UHGV virus genome: UHGV-0015773
Source: a virus
DNA length: 39,368 bases
Direction: 5' to 3' (one strand)
Shown here one piece after another: positions 1 through 8,119 of this stretch; position 1 is the first letter of the stretch, and every line of letters starts with the position of its first letter. Under the pieces are notes generated by a model. That model saw nothing but the letters and a program-made list of their open reading frames with translations, was not told the origin of the DNA and did not search any database. The position numbers and the translations under genes are program-made.

Positions 1-14
1 AGAGAGAGAGAGAG
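1..14 (+). repeat. (AG)7 dinucleotide microsatellite immediately downstream of the phiOL start
   Basis: Sequence agagagagagagag at the window start. It is contiguous with the taatacgactcactaa that ends the window. Confidence 0.9.
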
Positions 15-66
15 ACTACTTAAAGATACCTTAAAAGAGAAATTAAAGAATTTTAAAAAAAGAGTA

Positions 67-95
67 TTGACTTAAAGGGTCAAAGGTTTTACTAT
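67..95 (+). promoter_or_regulatory. A1: Early E. coli sigma70 promoter A1: -35 TTGACT (67-72), 17-bp spacer, -10 TACTAT (90-95)
   Basis: Near-consensus -35/-10 hexamers with 17-bp spacing, at the position of T7 A1 (aaaaagagtattgacttaaag...). Confidence 0.8.
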
Positions 96-192
96 TCATC
101 TCGTCAACGGGACAACGGCCTAAAGCCACTCTCTGAGATACCGGGGTCAACCGGATAAGTAGACAGCCTGATAAGTCATACGAAAACAGGCA

Positions 193-222
193 TTGACAAC
201 ATGAAGTAACATGCAGTAAGAT
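193..222 (+). promoter_or_regulatory. A2: Early sigma70 promoter A2: -35 TTGACA (193-198), 18-bp spacer, -10 TAAGAT (217-222)
   Basis: Matches the remembered T7 A2 region caggcattgacaacatgaagtaacatgcagtaagat. Confidence 0.8.
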
Positions 223-298
223 ATTAAGCGTCAACCGGACGCACGGTGTCTTCTAGGTGACTTGAGCGCACCACGGCACATAAGGTGAAACAAAACGG

Positions 299-327
299 TT
301 GACAACACGAAGTAAACACGGTACGAT
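299..327 (+). promoter_or_regulatory. A3: Early sigma70 promoter A3: -35 TTGACA (299-304), 17-bp spacer, -10 TACGAT (322-327)
   Basis: Matches the remembered T7 A3 region cggttgacaacacgaagtaaacacggtacgat. Confidence 0.8.
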
Positions 328-444
328 GTACCACGAAATGACGGAACAGTGAGTCACCACACTGAAAGGTGATGCGGTCTAGCGAAACCTGACCAAAGAC
401 GCTCTTTAACAATCTGGTAAATAGCTCTTGAGTGCATGACTAGC

Positions 445-490
445 GGATAACTCAAGGGTATCGCAAGGTGCCCTTTATGATATTCACTAA
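445..490 (+). promoter_or_regulatory. R0.3: RNase III processing hairpin R0.3
   Basis: taactcaagggtatcgcaaggtgccctttatgatattcac has the ACTCAAGG...CCTTTATGAT imperfect-hairpin signature of T7 RNase III sites, and lies upstream of gene 0.3. Confidence 0.7.
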
Positions 491-512
491 TAACTGCACG
501 AGGTAACACAAG

Positions 513-875
513 ATGGCTATGTCTAACATGACTTACAACAACGTTTTCGACCACGCTTACGAAATGCTGAAAGAAAACATCCGTTATGATGACATCCGCG
601 ACACTGATGACCTGCATGATGCTGTTCACATGGCTGCCGATAGCGCCGTTCCGCACTATTACAGTGACATTTTCAGCGTAATGGCAAGCGAGGGCATTGA
701 CCTTGAGTTCGAAGACTCTGGTCTGATGCCGGACACCAAGGACGTAATCCGTATCCTGCAAGCGCGTATCTATGAGCAACTCACGATTGACCTCTGGGAA
801 GACGCTGAGGACTTACTGAACGAATACCTTGAGGAAGTTGAGGAAGAGGAAGACTACGAAGAGGATGAAGAGTAA
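513..875 (+). CDS. 0.3: Gene 0.3 Ocr, a DNA-mimic anti-restriction protein (120 aa)
   Basis: [33 protein letters not shown]... with an acidic C-terminus, essentially collinear with T7 Ocr. It is the first gene after A1-A3 and R0.3. Confidence 0.95.
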   Translation: MAMSNMTYNNVFDHAYEMLKENIRYDDIRDTDDLHDAVHMAADSAVPHYYSDIFSVMASEGIDLEFEDSGLMPDTKDVIRILQARIYEQLTIDLWEDAEDLLNEYLEEVEEEEDYEEDEE

Positions 876-1027
876 TGGCTAACAGCACGCAATACGGTCT
901 GACCGCTCAAACTGTACTGTTTTATAGTGACATGGTGCGCTGCGGGTTTAACTGGTCGCTCGCAATGGCACACCTTAAGGAACTGTACGAAAACAACAAG
1001 GCAATAGCTTTGGAATCTGCTGAGTGA
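875..1027 (+). CDS. 0.4: Gene 0.4 (50 aa), the FtsZ-inhibitor homologue of T7 gp0.4
   Basis: The ATG overlaps the 0.3 stop codon (taATG). Translation [50 protein letters not shown] matches T7 gp0.4. The ORF is below the 60-aa track cutoff and was located by hand. Confidence 0.8.
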   Translation: MANSTQYGLTAQTVLFYSDMVRCGFNWSLAMAHLKELYENNKAIALESAE

Positions 1028-1071
1028 TAGGCTCAAGGTCGCTCCTAACGAGTGGCCTTTATGATTATCAC
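1026..1071 (+). promoter_or_regulatory. RNase III-type hairpin, copy 1 (R0.5-like)
   Basis: gataggctcaaggtcgctcctaacgagtggcctttatgattatcac. A 42-bp core (1032-1073) is repeated, with one mismatch, at 1309-1350. Confidence 0.7.
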
Positions 1072-1095
1072 TTAACTTGCAATAGGACTAACACC

Positions 1096-1296
1096 ATGAG
1101 TAAACTTCTGGCAACCTCCAAAATCAAAGGCCAATGCACTGTGACACTGCGCGAGTATTACCACGGGTCCATGGGGAGCACCTACGTTGTGCGCTACGGC
1201 AAACAGGTCACACATTGGGTAAACCCGATTTTAGCGCAAGAGGAGTATCAAGCCTGTGTGATACACCAAGCAACATGCGCTGGCTGGAATGATTGA
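1096..1296 (+). CDS. Hypothetical early protein (66 aa) with no T7 counterpart at this position
   Basis: ATG at 1096 (MSKLLATSKIKGQCTVTLREYYHGSMGSTYVVRYGK...) preceded by AGGA. The track ORF 1024-1296 would begin inside the RNase III hairpin, so the internal ATG is preferred. The ORF is bracketed by duplicated RNase III-site repeats. Confidence 0.55.
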   Translation: MSKLLATSKIKGQCTVTLREYYHGSMGSTYVVRYGKQVTHWVNPILAQEEYQACVIHQATCAGWND

Positions 1297-1302
1297 CAAC
1301 GT

Positions 1303-1348
1303 GATAAACTCAAGGTCGCTCCTAGCGAGTGGCCTTTATGATTATCAC
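1303..1348 (+). promoter_or_regulatory. R0.5: RNase III-type hairpin, copy 2 (R0.5)
   Basis: gataaactcaaggtcgctcctagcgagtggcctttatgattatcac matches the remembered T7 R0.5 sequence immediately upstream of gene 0.5. Confidence 0.75.
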
Positions 1349-1366
1349 TTTACTTAAATGGGAGTA

Positions 1367-1501
1367 ATGAATATGCTTACAATCGGCCTGCTCACCGCTC
1401 TTGGTCTAGCTGTAGGTGCATCCTTTGGGAAGTCTTTGGGTGTAGCTGTAGGCGCTTACTTGGTCGCTTGTATCATCACGGGAGCACTGCGCAAATGCTG
1501 A
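1367..1501 (+). CDS. 0.5: Gene 0.5 small hydrophobic membrane protein (44 aa from ATG 1367, 42 aa from ATG 1373)
   Basis: [44 protein letters not shown] matches remembered T7 gp0.5 (MLTIGLLTALGLAVGASFGK...). Located by hand, below the track cutoff. Confidence 0.75.
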   Translation: MNMLTIGLLTALGLAVGASFGKSLGVAVGAYLVACIITGALRKC

Positions 1502-1632
1502 AACACTACGTCATGCCTATCCATACACGCAACGGGTCTACTGTATGCACACCTGATGGGTTCGCAATGAAACAGCGAATCGAACGCCTTAAGCGTGAAC
1601 TGCGAATCAACCGCAAGATTAACAAAATCTAA
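1495..1632 (+). CDS. 0.6: Gene 0.6 (45 aa)
   Basis: The ATG overlaps the 0.5 stop. [45 protein letters not shown] matches remembered T7 gp0.6A. Confidence 0.75.
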   Translation: MLKHYVMPIHTRNGSTVCTPDGFAMKQRIERLKRELRINRKINKI

Positions 1633-1649
1633 CTTTGGAGAATATGCAA

Positions 1650-2729
1650 GTGAACATTACCGACATCATGAACGCTATCGACGCAATCAAAGCACTGCCA
1701 ATCTGTGAACTCGACAAGCGCCAAGGTATGCTTATCGACCTGCTGGTTGAGATGGTCAACAGCGAAACATGCGATGGCGAGATAACCGAACTGAATCAGG
1801 CACTTGAGCACCAAGATTGGTGGACTACCTTGAAGTGTCTCACGACTGACGCAGGGTTTAAGATGCTTGGTAATGGTCACTTCTCGGCTGCTTATAGTCA
1901 CCCGCTGCTGCCCAACAGAGTGATTAAGGTGGGCTTTAAGAAAGAGGACTCAGGCGCTGCGTATACCGCATTCTGCCGCATGTATCAGGGTCGCGCTGGT
2001 ATCCCTAACGTCTACGACGTTCAGCGCCATGCAGGATGCTATACGGTGGTTCTTGATGCACTCAACGACTGTGAATCGTATGATAATGAGGTGCACGATA
2101 AATATGCTGGGATTGCAAGCGATATTATTGATTACAAATCGGCTGCATATGATAAGCGTACCGGATGGGATGGGGAGTTCGTCGAGACTTGCAAGCTAAT
2201 CCGCAAGTTCTTTGAGGGCATCGCCTCGTTCGATATGCATAGCGGTAACATCATGTTCGACGATAACGATGTACCGTACATTACTGACCCTGTGTCATTC
2301 TCACACAAGAAAGACGGTGGCGCTTTCAGTATTGACCCTGAGGAACTCATTAAGGAAGTCGAGGAAGTAGCGATACAGAGGGCAATCGACCGCGCTAAGG
2401 CACGCAAGGTACGCCACGAGGGGCGCTTAGAGAAGCGTAGAATGAAACGTCGCAACCGTAAGGCACGCAAAGCACACCGCGAAAAATGCCAACGCAAAGT
2501 TGCACTGATGAACATAGCAAGAGGCCAGGACTGGCGCAATCACGTCAGAGTAAGGGATGCCATTGGTACAGTCAGACACGCAAACGCATGGGCACAAATG
2601 CAGCTTGCGGACTTTAAGGCGCTTGAAGAACGCATAGCGGCCCATTGGTTCAACGCTGACAGAGTGGCTATAGCTAACGGTCTACCGCTGAACATCGACA
2701 AGAAACTTGATGCAATGTTTATGGGCTGA
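1650..2729 (+). CDS. 0.7: Gene 0.7 Ser/Thr protein kinase and host-transcription shut-off protein
   Basis: Track ORF 1635-2729. The GTG at 1650 gives [32 protein letters not shown]..., collinear with T7 gp0.7, with GGAG 9 nt upstream. An in-frame ATG at 1644 is the alternative start. Confidence 0.9.
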   Translation: MNITDIMNAIDAIKALPICELDKRQGMLIDLLVEMVNSETCDGEITELNQALEHQDWWTTLKCLTTDAGFKMLGNGHFSAAYSHPLLPNRVIKVGFKKEDSGAAYTAFCRMYQGRAGIPNVYDVQRHAGCYTVVLDALNDCESYDNEVHDKYAGIASDIIDYKSAAYDKRTGWDGEFVETCKLIRKFFEGIASFDMHSGNIMFDDNDVPYITDPVSFSHKKDGGAFSIDPEELIKEVEEVAIQRAIDRAKARKVRHEGRLEKRRMKRRNRKARKAHREKCQRKVALMNIARGQDWRNHVRVRDAIGTVRHANAWAQMQLADFKALEERIAAHWFNADRVAIANGLPLNIDKKLDAMFMG

Positions 2730-2799
2730 TAGTCTTATCTTACAGGTCATCTACGGGTGGCCTGAATAGATACGATTTACTAACCGAAAGAGGCGCTAA

Positions 2800-5451
2800 A
2801 TGAACACGATTAACATCGCTAAGAACGACTTCTCTGACATCGAACTGGCTGCTATCCCTTTCAATACTCTCGCTGACCATTACGGTGAGCGTTTAGCTCG
2901 TGAGCAACTAGCTCTTGAGCATGAGTCTTACGAAATGGGTGAGGCACGTTTCCGCAAGATGTTCGAGCGTCAACTTAAGGCGGGTGAGGTTGCTGATAAT
3001 GCTGCTGCAAAGCCTCTGATTACTACCCTTCTCCCTAAGATGATTGCACGCATCAACGATTGGTTTGAGGAAGTGAAAGCTAAGCGCGGCAAGCGTCCAA
3101 CAGCTTTCCAATTCCTGCAAGAAATCAAGCCGGAAGCCGTAGCGTACATCACCATTAAGACAACGCTGGCTTGCCTAACTAGCGCAGACAATACAACCGT
3201 TCAGGCTGTAGCAAGTGCAATCGGTAGAGCTATTGAGGACGAGGCGCGCTTTGGTCGAATCCGTGACCTTGAAGCTAAGCACTTCAAGAAAAACGTTGAG
3301 GAACAACTAAACAAGCGCGTAGGGCACGTCTACAAGAAAGCATTCATGCAGGTTGTAGAAGCGGACATGCTCTCTAAGGGTCTACTGGGTGGCGAGGCGT
3401 GGTCTTCGTGGCACAAGGAGGACTCCATTCACGTAGGTGTGCGCTGCATTGAGATGCTCATTGAGTCAACCGGAATGGTTAACTTACATCGTCAGAACGC
3501 TGGCGTTGTGGGCCAAGACTCTGAGACTATCGAACTCGCACCGGAATACGCTGAGGCTATCGCCACTCGCGCGGGTGCATTGGCGGGTATTTCCCCAATG
3601 TTTCAACCTTGTGTAGTTCCTCCTAAGCCTTGGACTGGTATTACTGGAGGTGGCTATTGGGCTAACGGTCGCCGCCCTCTGGCACTGGTGCGCACTCACA
3701 GTAAGAAAGCACTGATGCGCTACGAAGATGTTTACATGCCTGAGGTGTACAAGGCGATTAACATTGCGCAAAACACAGCATGGAAAATCAACAAGAAAGT
3801 CCTAGCGGTCGCCAACGTAATCACCAAGTGGAAGCACTGCCCTGTAGAGGACATCCCAGCGATTGAACGCGAAGAACTCCCGATGAAACCGGAAGACATC
3901 GACACGAATCCTGAGGCACTCACCGCGTGGAAACGTGCTGCTGCCGCTGTGTACCGTAAGGACAAGGCTCGCAAGTCTCGCCGTATCAGCTTAGAGTTCA
4001 TGCTTGAACAAGCCAACAAGTTCGCTAACCATAAGGCCATCTGGTTCCCTTACAACATGGACTGGCGCGGTCGTGTTTACGCTGTGTCAATGTTCAACCC
4101 GCAAGGTAACGATATGACCAAGGGTCTGCTGACGCTGGCTAAAGGTAAACCAATCGGTAAAGAAGGTTACTACTGGCTGAAAATCCACGGTGCAAACTGT
4201 GCTGGTGTCGATAAGGTTCCGTTCCCTGAGCGCATCAAGTTCATTGAGGACAACCACGAGAACATCATGGCTTGCGCTAAGTCTCCTCTGGAGAACACTT
4301 GGTGGGCTGAGCAAGATTCGCCGTTCTGCTTCCTCGCGTTCTGCTTTGAGTACGCTGGGGTGCAACACCACGGCCTAAGCTACAACTGCTCGCTGCCACT
4401 GGCGTTCGATGGGTCTTGCTCTGGTATCCAGCACTTCTCCGCGATGCTTCTCGATGAGGTAGGCGGTATGGCTGTTAACCTGCTGCCTAGTCCTACCGTT
4501 CAGGACATCTACGGGATTGTCGCTAAGAAAGTCAACGTGATTCTGCAAGAAGACGTAATCAACGGGACCGACAACGAAGTAGTTACCGTGACCGATGAGA
4601 ACACTGGGGAAATCTCTGAGAAAGTCAAGCTGGGCACTAAGGCACTGGCTGGTCAATGGCTGGCTTACGGTGTTACTCGCAGTGTGACTAAGCGTTCAGT
4701 CATGACGTTGGCTTACGGGTCCAAAGAGTTCGGCTTCCGTCAGCAAGTACTGGAAGATACCATTCAGCCAGCTATCGATTCCGGCAAGGGTCTGATGTTT
4801 ACTCAACCGAATCAGGCTGCGGGGTACATGGCTAAACTGATTTGGGAAGCTGTGAGCGTGACTGTAGTCGCTGCTGTAGAGGCTATGAACTGGCTTAAGT
4901 CTGCCGCTAAACTTCTGGCTGCTGAGGTTAAAGATAAGAAGACTGGAGAGATTCTTCGCAAGCGTTGCGCTGTGCATTGGGTAACTCCTGATGGCTTCCC
5001 TGTGTGGCAGGAATACAAGAAGCCTATTCAGACTCGCTTGAACCTGATATTCCTTGGTCAGTTCCGCCTACAACCGACCATTAACACAAACAAGGATAGC
5101 GAGATTGATGCACACAAACAGGAGTCCGGCATCGCTCCTAACTTTGTACACAGCCAAGATGGTAGCCACCTGCGTAAAACCGTAGTATGGGCGCACGAGA
5201 AGTACGGAATCGAATCGTTTGCACTGATTCACGACTCCTTCGGGACCATTCCGGCTGACGCTGCCAACCTGTTCAAAGCTGTGCGCGAAACTATGGTTGA
5301 CACTTATGAGTCTTGTGATGTACTGGCTGACTTCTACGACCAGTTCGCTGACCAGTTGCACGAGTCTCAATTGGACAAAATGCCAGCACTTCCGGCTAAA
5401 GGTAACTTGAATCTCCAAGACATCCTTAAGTCAGACTTCGCGTTCGCGTAA
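2800..5451 (+). CDS. 1: Gene 1, T7-type single-subunit DNA-dependent RNA polymerase (883 aa)
   Basis: MNTINIAKNDFSDIELAAIPFNTLADHYGERLAREQLALEHESYEMGEARF...DFAFA is nearly identical to T7 RNAP over its full length. The T7-type promoters found throughout the window match its specificity. Confidence 0.99.
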   Translation: MNTINIAKNDFSDIELAAIPFNTLADHYGERLAREQLALEHESYEMGEARFRKMFERQLKAGEVADNAAAKPLITTLLPKMIARINDWFEEVKAKRGKRPTAFQFLQEIKPEAVAYITIKTTLACLTSADNTTVQAVASAIGRAIEDEARFGRIRDLEAKHFKKNVEEQLNKRVGHVYKKAFMQVVEADMLSKGLLGGEAWSSWHKEDSIHVGVRCIEMLIESTGMVNLHRQNAGVVGQDSETIELAPEYAEAIATRAGALAGISPMFQPCVVPPKPWTGITGGGYWANGRRPLALVRTHSKKALMRYEDVYMPEVYKAINIAQNTAWKINKKVLAVANVITKWKHCPVEDIPAIEREELPMKPEDIDTNPEALTAWKRAAAAVYRKDKARKSRRISLEFMLEQANKFANHKAIWFPYNMDWRGRVYAVSMFNPQGNDMTKGLLTLAKGKPIGKEGYYWLKIHGANCAGVDKVPFPERIKFIEDNHENIMACAKSPLENTWWAEQDSPFCFLAFCFEYAGVQHHGLSYNCSLPLAFDGSCSGIQHFSAMLLDEVGGMAVNLLPSPTVQDIYGIVAKKVNVILQEDVINGTDNEVVTVTDENTGEISEKVKLGTKALAGQWLAYGVTRSVTKRSVMTLAYGSKEFGFRQQVLEDTIQPAIDSGKGLMFTQPNQAAGYMAKLIWEAVSVTVVAAVEAMNWLKSAAKLLAAEVKDKKTGEILRKRCAVHWVTPDGFPVWQEYKKPIQTRLNLIFLGQFRLQPTINTNKDSEIDAHKQESGIAPNFVHSQDGSHLRKTVVWAHEKYGIESFALIHDSFGTIPADAANLFKAVRETMVDTYESCDVLADFYDQFADQLHESQLDKMPALPAKGNLNLQDILKSDFAFA

Positions 5452-5459
5452 CGTCAAAT

Positions 5460-5482
5460 TAATACGACTCACTATAGAGGGG
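5460..5482 (+). promoter_or_regulatory. T7-RNAP promoter phi1.1A
   Basis: taatacgactcactatagagggg, with +1 G at 5477. Confidence 0.9.
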
Positions 5483-5485
5483 ACA

Positions 5486-5523
5486 AACTCAAGGTCATTC
5501 GCAAGAGTGGCCTTTATGGTTGA
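5486..5523 (+). promoter_or_regulatory. R1.1: RNase III site R1.1
   Basis: aactcaaggtcattcgcaagagtggcctttatggttga carries the hairpin signature and sits between phi1.1A and phi1.1B. Confidence 0.7.
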
Positions 5524-5535
5524 CCTTCTTCCGGT

Positions 5536-5558
5536 TAATACGACTCACTATAGGAGAG
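5536..5558 (+). promoter_or_regulatory. T7-RNAP promoter phi1.1B
   Basis: taatacgactcactataggagag, with +1 G at 5553. Confidence 0.9.
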
Positions 5559-5636
5559 CCTTAAGGTTTAACTTTAAGACCCTTAAGTGTTGATTAAAGA
5601 TTTAAATTAAAGAATTACTAATAGAGGACTTTAAGT

Positions 5637-5765
5637 ATGCGTAACTTCGAAAAGATGACCAAACGTTCTAACCGTAACGCTCATGACTTCGAGGCAACCA
5701 AAGGTCGCAAGTTTAATAAGCCATTGCGCACCCGTGCTCATAAACGCTGCTGGGAGGGTCAATAA
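5637..5765 (+). CDS. 1.1: Gene 1.1 small basic protein (42 aa)
   Basis: MRNFEKMTKRSNRNAHDFEATKGRKFNKPLRTRAHKRCWEGQ matches remembered T7 gp1.1. Located by hand. Confidence 0.75.
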   Translation: MRNFEKMTKRSNRNAHDFEATKGRKFNKPLRTRAHKRCWEGQ

Positions 5766-5766
5766 G

Positions 5767-6039
5767 ATGGGACGTTTATACAGTGGTAATCTGGCAGCAT
5801 ACAAAGATGCTATCGAGCGACTCAGAGAAGACCACGATGTTGATGTGGTCACTGAGACTTATCGCTATGAGAACTACGCACTGCGCCGATGGGTAGCTGG
5901 AGAGACTCTTCGAGTGGTCTTACGGAGTGGCGTAGAGCTAACATCCAAGAGGTTCGAACACGATGACGAAGATGTGCGCTGTAATGCACAGACCGAATGG
6001 TTACGCAAGGTGCATAGTGATTTGAAGCACTGGGAGTAA
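5767..6039 (+). CDS. 1.2: Gene 1.2 homologue (90 aa), presumed inhibitor of host dGTP triphosphohydrolase
   Basis: The internal ATG of track ORF 5683-6039 gives MGRLYSGNLAAYK... Its N-terminus and C-terminal HDDEDV...W..DLKHW motifs match T7 gp1.2, but the middle is divergent. Confidence 0.75.
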   Translation: MGRLYSGNLAAYKDAIERLREDHDVDVVTETYRYENYALRRWVAGETLRVVLRSGVELTSKRFEHDDEDVRCNAQTEWLRKVHSDLKHWE

Positions 6040-6059
6040 TACGACTCAGTATAGGGACA
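6037..6059 (+). promoter_or_regulatory. T7-RNAP promoter phi1.3 (variant CAGTATA)
   Basis: taatacgactcagtatagggaca, with +1 G at 6054. It is followed by the R1.3 hairpin gcttaaggtcgctctcaatgagtggcctt (about 6062-6097). Confidence 0.8.
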
Positions 6060-6122
6060 ATGCTTAAGGTCGCTCTCAATGAGTGGCCTTAGTCATTTAA
6101 CCCAAACATGGAGATAAACATT

Positions 6123-7145
6123 ATGACGAACATTAAGACCAACCCATTTAAAGCTGTGTCTTTCGTAGAGTCTGCCATTAAGAAGGCTCTGGATAACGCT
6201 GGGTATCTTATAGCTGACATCAAGTACGATGGTGTACGTGGGAACATCTGCGTAGACAATACCGCTAACGGTTGCTGGCTCTCTCGTGTGTCTAAAACGA
6301 TTCCGGCACTGGAGCACTTAAACGGATTTGATGTTCGCTGGAAGCGTCTGCTGAGCGATGACCGTTGCTTCTACAAGGACGGCTTTATGCTTGATGGGGA
6401 ACTCATGGTCAAAGGTGTAGACTTCAACACAGGGTCCGGCCTACTGCGCACCAAATGGACCGACACTAAGAACCAAGAGTTCCACGAAGAGTTATTCGTT
6501 GAACCAATCCGTAAGAAAGATAAGGTTCCCTTTAAGCTGCACACTGGGAACATCCACGTCAAACTGTACGCTATCCTCCCGCTGCACATCGTAGAGTCTG
6601 GAGAAGACTGTGATGTCATGACGTTGCTCATGCAGGAACACGTTAAGAACATGCTGCCTCTGCTACAGGAATACTTCCCTGAAATCGAATGGCAAGCGGC
6701 TGAGTCTTACGAGGTCTACGACATGGTGGAACTCCAGCAATTGTACGAGAAGAAGCGTGAAGAAGGTCATGAGGGTCTCATTGTGAAAGACCCAATGTGT
6801 ATCTATAAGCGCGGTAAGAAGTCCGGCTGGTGGAAACTTAAGCCAGAGAACGAAGCAGATGGCATCATTCAGGGTCTTGTATGGGGAACCGAAGGTTTAG
6901 CTAATGAAGGTAAAGTAATTGGATTTGAGGTGCTTCTTGAGAGTGGTCGTGTAGTTAACGCCACAAACATCTCTCGCACCTTAATGGATGAATTTACCAA
7001 CACAGTTAACATTGAAGGTGAAACCTATTACAACGGACACGCTTGTCAGATTGCGTACATGGAGGAAACACCTGATGGCTCGCTGCGTCACCCATCGTTC
7101 GTAATGTTCCGTGGCACAGAGGATAATCCTCAAGAGAAAATGTAA
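6123..7145 (+). CDS. 1.3: Gene 1.3 ATP-dependent DNA ligase (340 aa)
   Basis: MTNIKTNPFKAVSFVESAIKKALDNAGYLIADIKYDGVRGN... contains the KYDG adenylation motif and is collinear with T7 ligase. The start was chosen at ATG 6123, which has GGAG 9 nt upstream. Confidence 0.95.
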   Translation: MTNIKTNPFKAVSFVESAIKKALDNAGYLIADIKYDGVRGNICVDNTANGCWLSRVSKTIPALEHLNGFDVRWKRLLSDDRCFYKDGFMLDGELMVKGVDFNTGSGLLRTKWTDTKNQEFHEELFVEPIRKKDKVPFKLHTGNIHVKLYAILPLHIVESGEDCDVMTLLMQEHVKNMLPLLQEYFPEIEWQAAESYEVYDMVELQQLYEKKREEGHEGLIVKDPMCIYKRGKKSGWWKLKPENEADGIIQGLVWGTEGLANEGKVIGFEVLLESGRVVNATNISRTLMDEFTNTVNIEGETYYNGHACQIAYMEETPDGSLRHPSFVMFRGTEDNPQEKM

Positions 7146-7152
7146 CCAAACT

Positions 7153-7183
7153 GGCTCACCTTAGGGTGGGCCTTTCTGCGTTT
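7153..7183 (+). terminator. TE: Early terminator TE for host RNAP (rho-independent)
   Basis: GC hairpin ggctcacc-ttag-ggtgggcc followed by tttctgcgttt, directly after ligase as in T7. Confidence 0.8.
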
Positions 7184-7205
7184 AATACGACTCACTATAG
7201 GAGGT
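7183..7205 (+). promoter_or_regulatory. T7-RNAP promoter phi1.5
   Basis: taatacgactcactataggaggt, with +1 G at 7200. Confidence 0.9.
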
Positions 7206-7212
7206 ACACAAC

Positions 7213-7302
7213 ATGATGTACGTAATGCCATTACTAATCATCATCATAGGATGCCTTGCGCTCACCTGTAGCGATGATGATATGCCAGATGGTCACGCTT
7301 AA
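7213..7302 (+). CDS. 1.4: Gene 1.4 small membrane protein (29 aa)
   Basis: MMYVMPLLIIIIGCLALTCSDDDMPDGHA matches remembered T7 gp1.4. Located by hand. Confidence 0.65.
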   Translation: MMYVMPLLIIIIGCLALTCSDDDMPDGHA

Positions 7303-7322
7303 TACGACGCACTAAAGGAGAC
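7300..7322 (+). promoter_or_regulatory. T7-RNAP promoter phi1.6 (variant)
   Basis: taatacgacgcactaaaggagac, with +1 G at 7317. Confidence 0.75.
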
Positions 7323-7327
7323 ACTAT

Positions 7328-7588
7328 ATGTTTCGACTTCATTACAACAAAAGCATTAAGAATTTCACGATTCGCCGTGCTGACCGTTCAATCGTATGTG
7401 CGAGCGAGCGCCGAGCTAAGTTACCTCTTATTGGTAACACAGTTCCTTTGGCACCGAGCGTCCACATCATTATCACTCGTGGTGACTTTGAGAAAGCAAT
7501 AGACAAGAAACGTCCGGTTCTTAGTGTGGCAGTGACCCGCTTCCCGTTCGTCCGTCTGTTACTCAAACGAATCAAGGAGGTGTTCTGA
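7328..7588 (+). CDS. 1.6: Gene 1.6 (86 aa)
   Basis: [31 protein letters not shown]... is collinear with T7 gp1.6. Confidence 0.85.
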   Translation: MFRLHYNKSIKNFTIRRADRSIVCASERRAKLPLIGNTVPLAPSVHIIITRGDFEKAIDKKRPVLSVAVTRFPFVRLLLKRIKEVF

Positions 7589-8119
7589 TGGGTTGCATAG
7601 CTTGCTTAGAGAAAGACGACCGTTATCCACACACCTGCAACACAGGAGCCAATAACATGACTGAACATGAACAAGCCATGATTATGAAGCTGGTAGACAA
7701 CAACGTAGGTAGACCAGATTACTTAGAGGGCTGCAACATGCTCTGCTCTAATGTCCCTTGTCACCTATGTCCAGCAAATAACGATCAAAAGATAACCTTA
7801 GGTGAAATCCGAGCGATGGACCCACGTAAGTCTAAGCCGGAGGAACCGGAGGTAACTCCTACAGATGACCAGCCTTCCGCTGAGACAATCGAAGGTGTGA
7901 TTAAGCCTTCCCATTACATGCTGTTCGACGACATTGAGGCTATCGAAGTGATTGCCCGTTCGATGACCCGTGAGCAGTTCAAAGGGTACTGCTTCGGGAA
8001 CATCCTTAAGTACCGCCTACGTGCTGGTAAGAAGTCCGAACTGGCTTACTTAGAGAAGGACATGGCGAAAGCGGGGTTCTATGGTGAACTGTATGAGAAA
8101 CACAAGGACAAGTGCTACG

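Larger units (their letters stand above)
5460..5636 (+). other. Putative primary origin of replication: phi1.1A/phi1.1B followed by an AT-rich tract
   Basis: This has the arrangement of the T7 primary origin. Two class II promoters are followed by the AT-rich ttgattaaagatttaaattaaagaattactaatag, just downstream of gene 1. Confidence 0.6.

Noticed and set aside
1024-1095. N-terminal extension of the novel early ORF, from the track start at 1024.
   Set aside because: The first 72 nt would be translated through the RNase III hairpin. The ATG at 1096, with an upstream AGGA, is the more plausible start.
5460-5560. Tandem duplicated T7 promoters as a possible insertion artefact.
   Set aside because: phi1.1A and phi1.1B are paired natively at the T7 primary origin of replication. 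The arrangement is the same here.
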